Assembly: GCA_027923505.1 (NCBI GenBank) | Contig: BROI01000019.1 | Coordinates: forward strand, 186,001 to 250,000 | DNA from: Mayamaea pseudoterrestris | Lineage: Eukaryota | Direction: 5' to 3' | Length of the DNA: 64,000 nucleotides | Part shown: positions 12,389-22,746 of the stretch, piece after piece | Layout: each line of letters opens with the position of its first letter | How positions within the stretch are numbered: position 1 is the stretch's first letter | Program-made: the position numbers and the translations under genes | The notes under the pieces: generated by a model | What the model was told of the DNA's origin: nothing | Databases searched by the model: none | The model's input: the letters and a program-made list of their open reading frames with translations, nothing else

Positions 12389-12621
12389 ATTGATTGTGAA
12401 TTTGTTGACCGGTACGTGATGATTGTTCTTATTTAAATTGCTAATTGCTATGCTACCGTAATTCTGTTGTATCGTACTACGCATGCAATTAGACGAGTTG
12501 ATTACGCAAAACAAATACGGTCCACGACTGCGCCTCTAATCAGGTTGCACCGTCACGCCCTTCTTGTATGTATGTATTTTTAACTCATGCAGCATGCGAA
12601 CGTTTGAGTTTGTAAATCAAG

Positions 12622-13344
12622 CTAAAAATTTTTCTGTCTTACGCCTTGACGGTCTCCAACGTTTTCCAAACGCAACTCATGATAGACCAGTCTCAAGTAC
12701 GCTGGCAGTCCGATTCGATGTTTGCTCAAACTTTGGCTCGTCGAGTTGCATTTCCGTTCCAGCAACTGCTCCTTGACATCTGCTGGCACATATGGACAAG
12801 TCTTGAGCATGTGACGATCCACCATGACAAACATTCCGTGCGGAATATGCTCGAGACAGTTGGTAAACTTGGTGCTTCCAATCAAGACTCTATTAGCATT
12901 GGCGCATGCCACGCAACGAAAGCCAATGTCTCCCAACTTGGTGCGGCGCTTTCGATTGTGCGAAAATGCAGCGTCCTGCTCACTAGCTTGAATGATTTCG
13001 ATCCATTCTGTGAGCAAGTAATTGTAATCGGATAGCTTACTCCGACTCTTCTCCAGCGCTGGGATTTTAAGACTGCTGATTCGATCATCTTTCGACAGTG
13101 GTGATCGGTCATTCATCACTTTACTGCAACTGCCACTGTCATTTGAGGTTCGTTCATTCGTAGCAGCTTTCATGAGACCCGGGCAGCATCGAACGTGTCC
13201 ACCAAAGGCCTGCCGCGTCTTGAAGGACGACTTGTGGCATCCCTGGCACCTCCAAGGGCCATGGAGGGAGAGGTTTCCGTCACAGACGGATGCATGGTAT
13301 TGGACGCTAGCCACGCCGGGGAATATCGGAAGACCACACCTCAA
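12622..13344 (-). CDS. Hypothetical Cys/His-rich protein (PHD-like N-terminus, C2H2-like finger, GFRCxxC...HxxxxCPxxP domain); 5' end uncertain
   Basis: CLRC..YHASVC..WRCQGC; C..SF......GGHVRCC; IGFRCVAC and HMLKTCPYVP. There is no in-frame ATG ahead of the finger, so an upstream exon or a frameshift is needed. Confidence 0.6.
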   Translation of the reverse strand: MRCGLPIFPGVASVQYHASVCDGNLSLHGPWRCQGCHKSSFKTRQAFGGHVRCCPGLMKAATNERTSNDSGSCSKVMNDRSPLSKDDRISSLKIPALEKSRSKLSDYNYLLTEWIEIIQASEQDAAFSHNRKRRTKLGDIGFRCVACANANRVLIGSTKFTNCLEHIPHGMFVMVDRHMLKTCPYVPADVKEQLLERKCNSTSQSLSKHRIGLPAYLRLVYHELRLENVGDRQGVRQKNF

Positions 13345-13792
13345 GCATGCAGAGGCACTTCTTTCTGTGTTTCCATGATATGTTGTTTAGTGCAACCGTT
13401 TTGCAGCTGGTGTTGTTGGCGACGAACAATAGAAGATTGAAGATTGTCGCTCGACGTCGCTCGTACCTCGTACTTGACTGCTTCGCTATTTCTGTATAAT
13501 TTGCTACTAGACTCAAACTACTACCAATTTCGATGCAATTCCAGTCAAACTATATAAACAGTAATTATCTTTGCCTTCAATGCTTGCATGGCTGGTTTGG
13601 AAAGGTGCATTGACGGTCGCCGCGATTTTTGGGATCGCCAAATAATGGTGGTGGTAAGACAGATATGATGGGCACCGGTACGATTCAGCATCCCGCGCTT
13701 TGCGCCCTTTTCGATCCATTGCATCCTTCCACGAAGGTGCTAAGCAATTGCAAACTACTCTGCCATCTAATCACTCGATACTCACATGTAGT

Positions 13793-14926
13793 ATGCGTTT
13801 CCCAGCCCTATTGGTTAGCTCGTCGCGAAACGTGGATTCTCATCCTGACATCTGCAGAGTCCTACGACGCACTGGCGACAGCATGATTGCTTGTCCTTCA
13901 ACATTTCTTGACGAGGAGAGTACGAAACCTTACAAACTCCAAGTCTATGAAATGGAAGCTGGAGTAACTTTGCCACAGCTTTGCAATATCGATCGCGAGA
14001 TTTTGACTCATTTCTTGCTTCGCGATGACGAGATCATAATTCGCCTTGCCAACAAGACTCTTCTCGTCATTCCAAACACGGCGGAACCCATGCAGATTCA
14101 TGGACAAAATGGAGCCATTTACGTCGAGGCCGGCCTTGCGATCGAGGCTTGGACGGGTGGCGCAAGCTGCCGCGCCTTTATTCCGGCCGAGGCGGACCGC
14201 AAGTTGATCCAGCATCGCGATGATTACAATGACATTTTACGTTTCGCGACAAGCTGGCCAGCGCGTGCGAATGGTACCCGTGAGCTTTGCCTCTTTTCAT
14301 CCAATTATCCCGCCGTTCGCGATCAGTTCTTGTTGAGTGACACGACTGATCATATGCGCGAAGAAGACGTAATATCCTTGGAAACATGGCGCGCCTGCTT
14401 CACTCCCGCCACCTTTGCGGGCGGAAAGCTACACTTGATGGAGTTTCAACCATCAGATGAGCAGTGGAACGTTCTAAAGTATATTCCCTTCAGCTTCATT
14501 AGCTGTCACTATGCCAGTCTATCTCATTCCTTTGTGCAGCAAACGCAAACGTCAAAGCTCGAGATTTACAATCCCAAGTTGACTGGTCCAAGGCGAAATG
14601 CTCTCTTCTTTCGTGCGCCCTTGGACATGCAGTATTTTGGTCTTCGATTCAACAAGGTTGGGGATGTGAGACAATTCCTCGGACGGTGGCTCGGTGTAAG
14701 CCGCACTATGCAGCTTCACTACTGCGAGTTTAGCGTCAACAGCTGGAAGGAGTTCTGGCGCGTTGTGGATGGCGCAAAATTATGCACATCAGTCGTCTTT
14801 GTCAACGTCAAAGTCGGAGCAAACGAGGTGGCTTTCAAGCACTTGAGTGTGATCAGCAAGGACGTTTGGAAGATGCTTCATGTTGATGATTTTAATTTCA
14901 ATGTGAAACGCAAGTGGGTCCGTTAG
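13793..14926 (+). CDS. Hypothetical protein
   Basis: Long open frame; start could be 13793 or 13883; no motif recognised. Confidence 0.55.
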   Translation: MRFPALLVSSSRNVDSHPDICRVLRRTGDSMIACPSTFLDEESTKPYKLQVYEMEAGVTLPQLCNIDREILTHFLLRDDEIIIRLANKTLLVIPNTAEPMQIHGQNGAIYVEAGLAIEAWTGGASCRAFIPAEADRKLIQHRDDYNDILRFATSWPARANGTRELCLFSSNYPAVRDQFLLSDTTDHMREEDVISLETWRACFTPATFAGGKLHLMEFQPSDEQWNVLKYIPFSFISCHYASLSHSFVQQTQTSKLEIYNPKLTGPRRNALFFRAPLDMQYFGLRFNKVGDVRQFLGRWLGVSRTMQLHYCEFSVNSWKEFWRVVDGAKLCTSVVFVNVKVGANEVAFKHLSVISKDVWKMLHVDDFNFNVKRKWVR

Positions 14927-15114
14927 AGCAGTCAACCAGCCACTTTTCTTCTGGGGCTTTCCTTCCCCTCATCTGACCTGAATTCGCCATTTGTTTTACC
15001 AAATTTCACGCAAGTTCGAGAATACAACTTACAATAATAGATAGCTTTTATTTTTCTTATTAAAAATTTGAGTAGCATACAAGCGCAGCGCAGCGCGCTT
15101 CTCCTACCGATATA

Positions 15115-16071
15115 TTACCACGACGCTTCAGCAGCAACGGGTTCCACATGATCCTCTCGCTCCTCCTCGTATTCTATTTCAACGCGAGGACCTCGCCGTT
15201 TAGCAGCCGGCTTTTTCGTTTTGCTTGCGGACGGTTTCTTATCTGTTTTACCAGATGAAGGAGACTCTTCATTGTCCGAATCACTTTCGCCGCTCTCATT
15301 TTCACCCCAGTTTCCGTTGCCAAGGTACTCCATATTCTCCACGTCTTCCTCCTCATCTTCCAGTTCATCTTCCTCCTCCGAATCCAAATCTTCCACATAT
15401 TCAACCATGCCATCATCGCTTTCATCTTCCTCTTCCATTTCAGTCTCACTCTCCTGCTCCGTTTCCTCCGCCTGTTCCAGTGCTTTTCGATACGGCGTTT
15501 CCGGAAAGTTGTATATATCACCATAAGTTCCTTTCGCAAGTCGCTCCACCAGTTCCTTTTCAATCGTTTGCTCCAACTTGGCCGCCACGAGCGCCTTGCG
15601 CTCCCGTCGCTCCTCGCGCTGATCAATCTTGCGATGCACGCCCACCAACTTTGCCTTGCGTCCACTTCGTACTTTGAGTTCAATCTTGCGCATGCGAATC
15701 AAGTACTGATGAATTTTCGTGAGCCGCTGCTTGTTGCGATGCATGAGGACCTTGGGAAAGAATTCCAAATGTTCATCCAGCTGCGCCAGTGCCTTGCCGT
15801 AGTTGCGACTCAGTAGTATCTTTTCCCAAACGTTTTTGGGAGAGTGCGCTCGCTCGACCGTCTTGACGAATAAGTGAATTCGGCCATTCTGTTCGCGAAT
15901 GGTGGCGTACTTGCTGTTCGCCAATGGGCAGGAAGTGCGATTGCAGAGACCAGTGACCGAGTAGGGGTTGCGACAAAAGTATGTCTTGTCGGATTTGGCC
16001 TTGCCAATGGTTGTTTTGAAGGAGCAAAAGTTTTGGGATATGACGGACCATATCATTTCATCGTGCTGCAT
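15115..16071 (-). CDS. MAK16: MAK16 60S ribosome biogenesis protein
   Basis: MQHDEMIWSVI...FCSFK, FCRNPYSVTGLCNRTSCPLANSKYAT, KQRLTKI.QYLIRMRK, G.YGDIYNF, acidic tail ending VEIEYEEE. Confidence 0.97.
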   Translation of the reverse strand: MQHDEMIWSVISQNFCSFKTTIGKAKSDKTYFCRNPYSVTGLCNRTSCPLANSKYATIREQNGRIHLFVKTVERAHSPKNVWEKILLSRNYGKALAQLDEHLEFFPKVLMHRNKQRLTKIHQYLIRMRKIELKVRSGRKAKLVGVHRKIDQREERRERKALVAAKLEQTIEKELVERLAKGTYGDIYNFPETPYRKALEQAEETEQESETEMEEEDESDDGMVEYVEDLDSEEEDELEDEEEDVENMEYLGNGNWGENESGESDSDNEESPSSGKTDKKPSASKTKKPAAKRRGPRVEIEYEEEREDHVEPVAAEASW

Positions 16072-16437
16072 GATTAATGGTTTGTTTTCGTTTGATTATA
16101 GTGCGGTAAGAAGGATGCGAGGCAGTTGTTGTTTTAGTTTAGATGCCGCTAGGAAAGAACATGGAACGAGTTTGCCACTTTCGAATTACGTTGCGTTTCG
16201 TGGCTGCGCGGATCATCGTCTGTCCGCCGCATATGTGTCTGACCGGTTATAAAGTCGCACCGGTTTCAAATGTCAAAGCGACAACTGGCGAACGAGTCGT
16301 GGCGATCCGACGAAGCCTCATCTTTGCTTCCGAGACGCAGCCAAACCAAGCAAGATCCATATACTCTTTGTATCAACGGCCAACCGTTTCACATAAAAAT
16401 ACCATCAGCATCCACAACAAAGAAAACTAACTTGATC

Positions 16438-17136
16438 ATGGGAGAACACAAGTATTCAGTCCTGGACGTCGTTGAAGCCAACGAAACAACGCCAAGCAGC
16501 AGCGACAATCATCAGCAACGCGAACCAACGATTGAAGCAGTCGCCACACCAGTCGACACTATGGAGGACGTTCCAAATCTAGTCACCACCAACCCAGCGT
16601 CATCAGAGAGCGTCGTTTTGAACGAATCCAATCCCAAAATGGCCGCCAGCGTCGCCTCTGGCTTACTGGGTTGCTTGGTGGGCGGACCGATCGTTGGTGT
16701 GGCGGTTGGTTTCGGCGCCGCCTACGCGCACGATCGTCCCGGCGCCGTCGGCGATGCTAGTCGCGCCGTGGGCGACTTGGCATGCTTGGCGAGTGTGCGC
16801 GCGCAGGAAATGAATCGCAAACACAAAGTGGCGGCGAACACCAAAGCGGCGGCGCAGCAAATGTTGAATCGGGCGCAGCAGGAGTGTCATCATGGAGACA
16901 ATGTAGTCGAGCAGGCGCAGAATGTATTGGTGCGGGGATGGAACTGGACCAAGGATTTTGTGCATCGGCACAATTTGATTGAGCGAGGCGTTCAAAACGT
17001 TGGCAAAGGAGTGGTGTGGGTGGCGGAAACGATTGCGTCCAAAATCAATGCCATTGCGGAGAAGCATCCGCATCATGGAGAGAACCACGTTCATCACGCG
17101 GAAGCGCGAGTCGAACCATTTGAAGGAACAAAGTAA
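16438..17136 (+). CDS. Hypothetical protein with a glycine-zipper-like hydrophobic segment
   Basis: ORF from ATG 16438; SGLLGCLVGGPIVGVAVGFGAAY. Confidence 0.7.
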   Translation: MGEHKYSVLDVVEANETTPSSSDNHQQREPTIEAVATPVDTMEDVPNLVTTNPASSESVVLNESNPKMAASVASGLLGCLVGGPIVGVAVGFGAAYAHDRPGAVGDASRAVGDLACLASVRAQEMNRKHKVAANTKAAAQQMLNRAQQECHHGDNVVEQAQNVLVRGWNWTKDFVHRHNLIERGVQNVGKGVVWVAETIASKINAIAEKHPHHGENHVHHAEARVEPFEGTK

Positions 17137-17289
17137 TTTGAGTATATGATGAAGGATTGGCTGCATGTATATCAAGTGATAAGTATTTGAGAGTGACTAT
17201 TTTTGACAGAGATCTCTGTGGACTTTCACAGTCCACCTTTTTACGTATTGTACATCTTCCTTTCAACACTTTTCCATTTCCACCTTTAC

Positions 17290-18030
17290 TCAAGATAAGT
17301 TACTCTTGCTCGCATTCATCAAGTCATGCATCATGCTAACACCGTCGAACGAGTCATCCCCGGTAGCTGCCACATCTCCCAGCATGCGTCTCCATCCATC
17401 CAAGACTTGATCCGCCGACGACCCCGACTGCAGACAATGGTCCACGCCTCGCTCCGTCAACACGCGTCCCGTGGCACTCTCGAGCAGCAGCAAGGTGGGA
17501 ACGCCGTGCCGGCGATGCGTTATTTGAATGTCGCGCTGCTCCTTGGCGGCGCAGACGCCAAAGTGTTTCTTGAGCGCCGCTCGCTCCGATACATTTGCAA
17601 AATCAATGTGACTCATGCAAGACGGTTTGAATGCTTGCAGTTGTTTCGCGTCGTAGTCGCTGCTGACATACAAAACGGTCAGTGCTGCGTCGTCGTTGGC
17701 GTCCGACTGCAGCACCCGGCGCAACGACGGAGTGGCAAGCTGGCAGTCGGAACACCAGCCGGCGCAAAAGTACAAGCCCACCATGGGTGACTGCGAAAAA
17801 GCGGAGCGTAAACTAGGAAATCGTTCCAGTAATTCTTCTCTGGAGAGTTGTTCAATTGAAATTGATTCTTGTCGCTCCATCGTTTTGTCGTTGTGAAAAG
17901 TATCAGCATGATCGTCATCGGCATTGCTGCTGCGTCTATTGTAAAGCATCCAAGCCGCTGCGGCAAAGGAGACTGCAACGGCGCTCGTAACAATGACATT
18001 ACTGCTGGTTACTGTCGTTGAATAGCTCAT
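17290..18030 (-). CDS. Nucleoredoxin/tryparedoxin-like thioredoxin-fold protein with an N-terminal membrane anchor
   Basis: VGLYFCAGWCSDC, VLYVSSD, GVPTLLLL; hydrophobic VIVTSAVAVSFAAAAWMLY. Confidence 0.85.
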   Translation of the reverse strand: MSYSTTVTSSNVIVTSAVAVSFAAAAWMLYNRRSSNADDDHADTFHNDKTMERQESISIEQLSREELLERFPSLRSAFSQSPMVGLYFCAGWCSDCQLATPSLRRVLQSDANDDAALTVLYVSSDYDAKQLQAFKPSCMSHIDFANVSERAALKKHFGVCAAKEQRDIQITHRRHGVPTLLLLESATGRVLTERGVDHCLQSGSSADQVLDGWRRMLGDVAATGDDSFDGVSMMHDLMNASKSNLS

Positions 18031-18366
18031 GGTGTTTCTGTTACAGACGGGAGGAGCAACAGCAAGAACGAAGGACGCAAAAATGAGGGATGAGGGGTCA
18101 TCGGCTTGTAACGTTCAAGTTTAAATGTCGCAGCAGCACTGATGCCCACCGATCCCTTTTCTCATTTGATGTTAGCCACCAGTGAAGTCCATTACTGCAC
18201 TGTCAACCACGGTAAGTAGTATCATACGTGGACTACCTAGTACAAAGATCATTCTGTTTTAACGAGTCACTAAAGTTTTATGCATACTATGGTAATAATA
18301 CAATGCGTTTTTCGCAGCTACAAGATCGATTTGGTGGCCGCAAACACGCACTGCCATCATTCATTG

Positions 18367-19675
18367 TTACGCCGTCTTGGCTCCCTGAATGTTGGTGGGC
18401 GGCAAACCGTTGCTGGCAAAGGCTTGCGGAAAGTTGTGCGGCGACGCCGCCATGTTTTTGTTAAACGCGCCATTGCCGGAGGGCGGGCCAAACTTGAGCG
18501 CCGCCAAGTGACGCACCAAACCAGCCGTCATGTTGGGTCCCATGGCAAGCTGCTGCTGGCGTTGCTGATGAGCCTGCATTTGCTGATGATGATGTTGGTG
18601 CTGTTGATACTGTTGCTGCTGCTGCATGACCATGGACAGCTGGTAGCGCAACTGCTGCTCCTGTCGCGCCTTTTCCTCCTGCTGCTGCATGACCAAGAGG
18701 GCCTGGCGCGAGAGCGCCGCCTGGTTGATGCGCTCCTTGAGGCGACGCGACACTTCCATTTCAATCGCCGCGTTCAAGTCGGCGGAAACGTTGGGAAGCT
18801 GCTGCATGGTTGGCGGAGCCGCCACTGGCATGTCGAACGAAACCATGGGCGGGCGCTGCATGACCAACCCGGGGCTCGTCATGCTGGTGGCGCCAGTCAT
18901 GGAGCTGCGCGGGGTCAAGCTCTGGTGCATGGAACGATGAAGCGTGACTACTTCCTTGGCATTCGGTGCAATCATGGCAGGCTTGGTTCGTTTCATGGCG
19001 ACATGCGACTTGGGCGCAGACGTCTCCACCTTGTGGCACGTCATTTGCTCGCACAAGTCGAGACGATCCTTGACAAAGAGCTCATGGTAAAAGGATCCAG
19101 ACTCCTCTCCGCGGTAGTGGCGCATGAAGCCCCAGCGGTGCAACTTGCGCGTGAACGACGAGTACTTGGCGCTTTTAAAGACGCGACCAAGAATCTGAGC
19201 GACGAAGAGCTTGGGCTTGTGCACCACAAAAGACTTGCCCGATGGCGTCCAAGAGATAATGTCACTGTTCGACTCCTCCGTCAAGACCTTCATCAGCTGC
19301 AGAGAAAAAGGTGAAAAGAGCGTGAGCATATTTATATATTGAGTCAGCGACTATATAACATAAGAACGCCATCGAAGCACTCACCTTCATGGGAAAGGGA
19401 ACAGCGCGCTTGCGTCCACTCTTGGTGAATCGCATGGGAATGGTAAACGCGGCATCCGCCTTGATCGTTTTGCTGTTAGATGCAACATTCTCGACCCGTG
19501 ACCCCACGAGGCTGGTCAGGGCGGCAGCGGCCTTTCGCGCCGAATCCTGGTCAAAGTGGTGGTGATCGTCGTCTTCGTCTTCGTCGTCGCTGAGACTCTC
19601 ATCGTCATGCTCCTCCTCCTCCTCTTGCTCTTGGGCAAAGATGTCTTCTGATTCCTTGTCAATGGATGCACTCAT
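18367..19675 (-). CDS. HSF: Heat shock transcription factor; intron 19297-19384
   Basis: Splice joins PFPMK|LMKVL; HSF DNA-binding domain IISWTPSGKSFVV...KYSSFTRKLHRWGF...FYHELF; poly-Q region. Confidence 0.93.
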
Positions 19676-21189
19676 GTTGGATGTAAAAGTCGGACGTGAA
19701 ATAAATTTTGTGAGCACAAAAAGCTTGTTGTGGTCAAAGTGTAGTTTCGCTTTTGTCGCGCCCGCGTTTCAAAGAATGTCAATGTCCAACCGTCACGGAT
19801 ACCCCGCGTCGTTATCCAGTGGGGAGGGGTTCACGGTTCGGCACGTGGACGTTTGTACCAGCCCTATCCGTGAGGCACCTTCGCGTTCATCGCGCAAGTT
19901 CGGATGGTCAATATGTTCGCTGCGAAGCATCAAGACATTTTGACATGTTCCTTGACATTGTACCGAACAGTCAAATTGACCTTAACGATGACTCAATGGG
20001 TTGACACGTCACACTGCATGTTATTACTTAACGATCAAGTCATCACTGGTGGCATTCGGAAGAAATTTTCGCTACGTACGTATGCGCTGCGAAGTCCAAC
20101 GACTTAGATGTGCATCTCCACGATTAAGTTGCCAGTCATTGTTCGGTCATAGTCGGAACAACTCGACTCCGCAGAAGTCGAATTCGATACGTTGAACTTA
20201 TGCCGGACACTACTGGTTGATACATTCAGGGCCTCTTCAATGCGACGAGCTCTTCCGGTTGCAGTTAAGTGATCGAATAGCCCATGAGAAGATGCGGAGA
20301 TGTCGCTAAGTTTTCGGCCATGTCAATATGTAATGTGCTCACAAAGCCCCCGACAAACTGCCAGAATTGATATGTCACCTACTCTAACACGCATTCGTGC
20401 AGGCCAAAAATGTCCAGGAAGTCGCGGACAATCTCACTGTTTGTCCGTGCTTCGCTCACTCCTCCATATCATTGGTTGACGGCATGTCACGGAGGCAGAA
20501 GATTCGTGATGTGGTCGTGGCTGCTTACGTATCAGACTTCGAAAGATACGCGCCTTTGACTCTTGGACAATTCCTGTATGCAGTGTTTTGTCCAACACTG
20601 GCGGCGGTTCACAGGAGAGGTTGAGGAGTTTTGTCCAGACCTAACTTGACTGTGAGTATTCGGAGTACAGTAGTTAATTGAACCGTTGCAAGTTCTTGAC
20701 GCCGTAGTACAGTAGTACAGTACCGTACTCACTGTCAACGCTGCGTCTGGCTCTGTTTGAAGCGTCTCTCATCAGCTTATATATAGCGGAAGTACTGACT
20801 AATCTAACCGGTTCTCTCTCTTGCTAAACTATTCATAAGTGCTTCCACGTGCAACTCGCACACTGTCTGCCAATTTTGGCCTGGTGTAACCATGGATGTG
20901 GAGTTTCGTCAAGCAGTGTCATCGTCCACGCAACTGCGCATTACCCACCAGAAGCTCATCCATATGTCTACATATAATATGATGGCAACTTTCTTTAAAG
21001 CCAGATGGCGTTCAGTATTTATTACGGGCAAAGCCAAGAATAGCGGAGTTTACTACGCGTCGCAGGCACATCGTACCGTTACTCAAGTTGAAGCGTCGAC
21101 GAAATCGGCCATGCGGATTGCCGCGCCAATGAGACGACGAATGCACTGCTTTCTGTAAGCTCACTGCTACTACAAGACGTACGACGTCA

Positions 21190-22653
21190 ATGTCTTCTTT
21201 GCGTGCGATCCTGTGTGTCATAATTATCAATACTGTTTCTCCGCTACAACCAGAATGCCCTCATTCCCATCCTTGGCAACAGCCGACACAGCCTCGACAC
21301 GAACAATCCACCGCCTATAGTAGACGCATCTTCATCGGAGCATCAGTTCTTGGAGTAATAACTCCCTTTATTCCAGTCGACCAATCATCAGCTGCTCTTT
21401 TTCCTTCTCGGCAACGACCATTCTCCTACTCGTATGTACTTAGCCCCGACCGCAATGTCACAGACTCGCTCGCGTCGTCGGAGCGAACGATATCGGCTGG
21501 CCCGGAAGATCTTAGCGCCGAACAGTGTCTCCTGAAACTACTTCCTGTCAGGAATCCATTCTTTCGAGAGCTTGAAGACAAACTGGAACAAATACCTCCT
21601 CTTTGGAGTGGTGACCCGAGTTGGAAGTCATGCTGCAAACTGACCGAGTCCTGCATCAATGAACTCGACAAGCGACGAAGCATTCTTGAACCGGTCTTTA
21701 ATCCAGATGACAATTCACTCTTACAAATATCAAAGGCGGAACGAGGTGAGCGACTCATTGAAGCCTTTCGGCGCCAGCTTGTTATACTTCGAAATGAATG
21801 CAACAAGGGCGATGCTACATCTTCCTCGAAAGCCTTGCAGATTCAGCGACGAGCATTGCTTGCGCTGTCGGAGATTGGCGAACTTCTCGTGGCAGCCTTT
21901 CCATATCCAGTACCGACCCAAGGAAAGTTTAGCTACCTGCCACGGCTATTGGGTCGAGCAAGAGTTACCTTTACAATGTCGAGAAAGAATGTAGTTCTGG
22001 GAAACGTTACGATACTTGCCGACGGATTCATGGCTCCACTGACGGCTGGCAACTTTGTAGACTTGTCGCTCCGCAACTTTTATACGCAATTACCCATTAA
22101 ATTTACCAAGCGTCGACTCGGCAAGACGGGCGCCGACTTTGACGTGGCAAATCTACCCATTCTTGGTTCATACCAGGAAGGTTTCTACGACCCACTGACG
22201 GCCAAGCTTCGTCGCGTACCGCTGGAACTGATTCGGCTCGAGCGATTGAGCGGCGTTCCCAATTTAGCCTACGCGCAGGACGACGACCAGCAAGGTGGCT
22301 TTTCCAGTGACACTGTGTTGGAACCAACCATGAACAGCAAGGCACTGTTGAGCTTTCGACTACCGGGTCTCGTTGCTATGAATCATCCCGACAAGAATAT
22401 TAATGGAGCGTCTAGTGAGTTCTTTGCTTTGCAAAAGTCGAGCATTACGGAAGACAAGCGTGACTACTTTGATGGAGAGTATGCACCGTTTGGATTTATA
22501 ATTGACGGCATTGACGTCTTTGAGCAGCTTCGACCAAACGATAAGATTGAAGAAACCTACGTTGACGAATGGGGACAATTGAACCTTGTCAAATTGCGTC
22601 AGTCGAGCTTTTCAGAAGTTTTGAGCGCTGGTGGAGGAGGATCATCGGAATAA
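21190..22653 (+). CDS. Thylakoid-lumen cyclophilin-type PPIase, CYP37/CYP38-like
   Basis: Signal peptide, then an RR-containing (TAT-like) SRRIFIG segment; YLPRLLGRARV; DGFMAPLTAGNFVDL; GASSEFF; DGEYAPFGFIIDG. Confidence 0.85.
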   Translation: MSSLRAILCVIIINTVSPLQPECPHSHPWQQPTQPRHEQSTAYSRRIFIGASVLGVITPFIPVDQSSAALFPSRQRPFSYSYVLSPDRNVTDSLASSERTISAGPEDLSAEQCLLKLLPVRNPFFRELEDKLEQIPPLWSGDPSWKSCCKLTESCINELDKRRSILEPVFNPDDNSLLQISKAERGERLIEAFRRQLVILRNECNKGDATSSSKALQIQRRALLALSEIGELLVAAFPYPVPTQGKFSYLPRLLGRARVTFTMSRKNVVLGNVTILADGFMAPLTAGNFVDLSLRNFYTQLPIKFTKRRLGKTGADFDVANLPILGSYQEGFYDPLTAKLRRVPLELIRLERLSGVPNLAYAQDDDQQGGFSSDTVLEPTMNSKALLSFRLPGLVAMNHPDKNINGASSEFFALQKSSITEDKRDYFDGEYAPFGFIIDGIDVFEQLRPNDKIEETYVDEWGQLNLVKLRQSSFSEVLSAGGGGSSE

Positions 22654-22746
22654 TTGTATTGTCTTGATTGTAAAATTTCCCCCTGCAAGCTACGTTAGCT
22701 AATCAGTCTAGTTAACACAGTAATATAATCCTTTTTATGATATTAC

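Noticed and set aside
18280..19314. 344-aa plus-strand ORF with poly-Leu
   Set aside because: Antisense shadow of the poly-Gln HSF exon.
19720..21180. Gene or transposon in the 1.5-kb intergenic region (includes a GTAGTACA micro-repeat near 20704)
   Set aside because: Only short ORFs; no terminal repeats or TSD found; likely the HSF/cyclophilin regulatory region.
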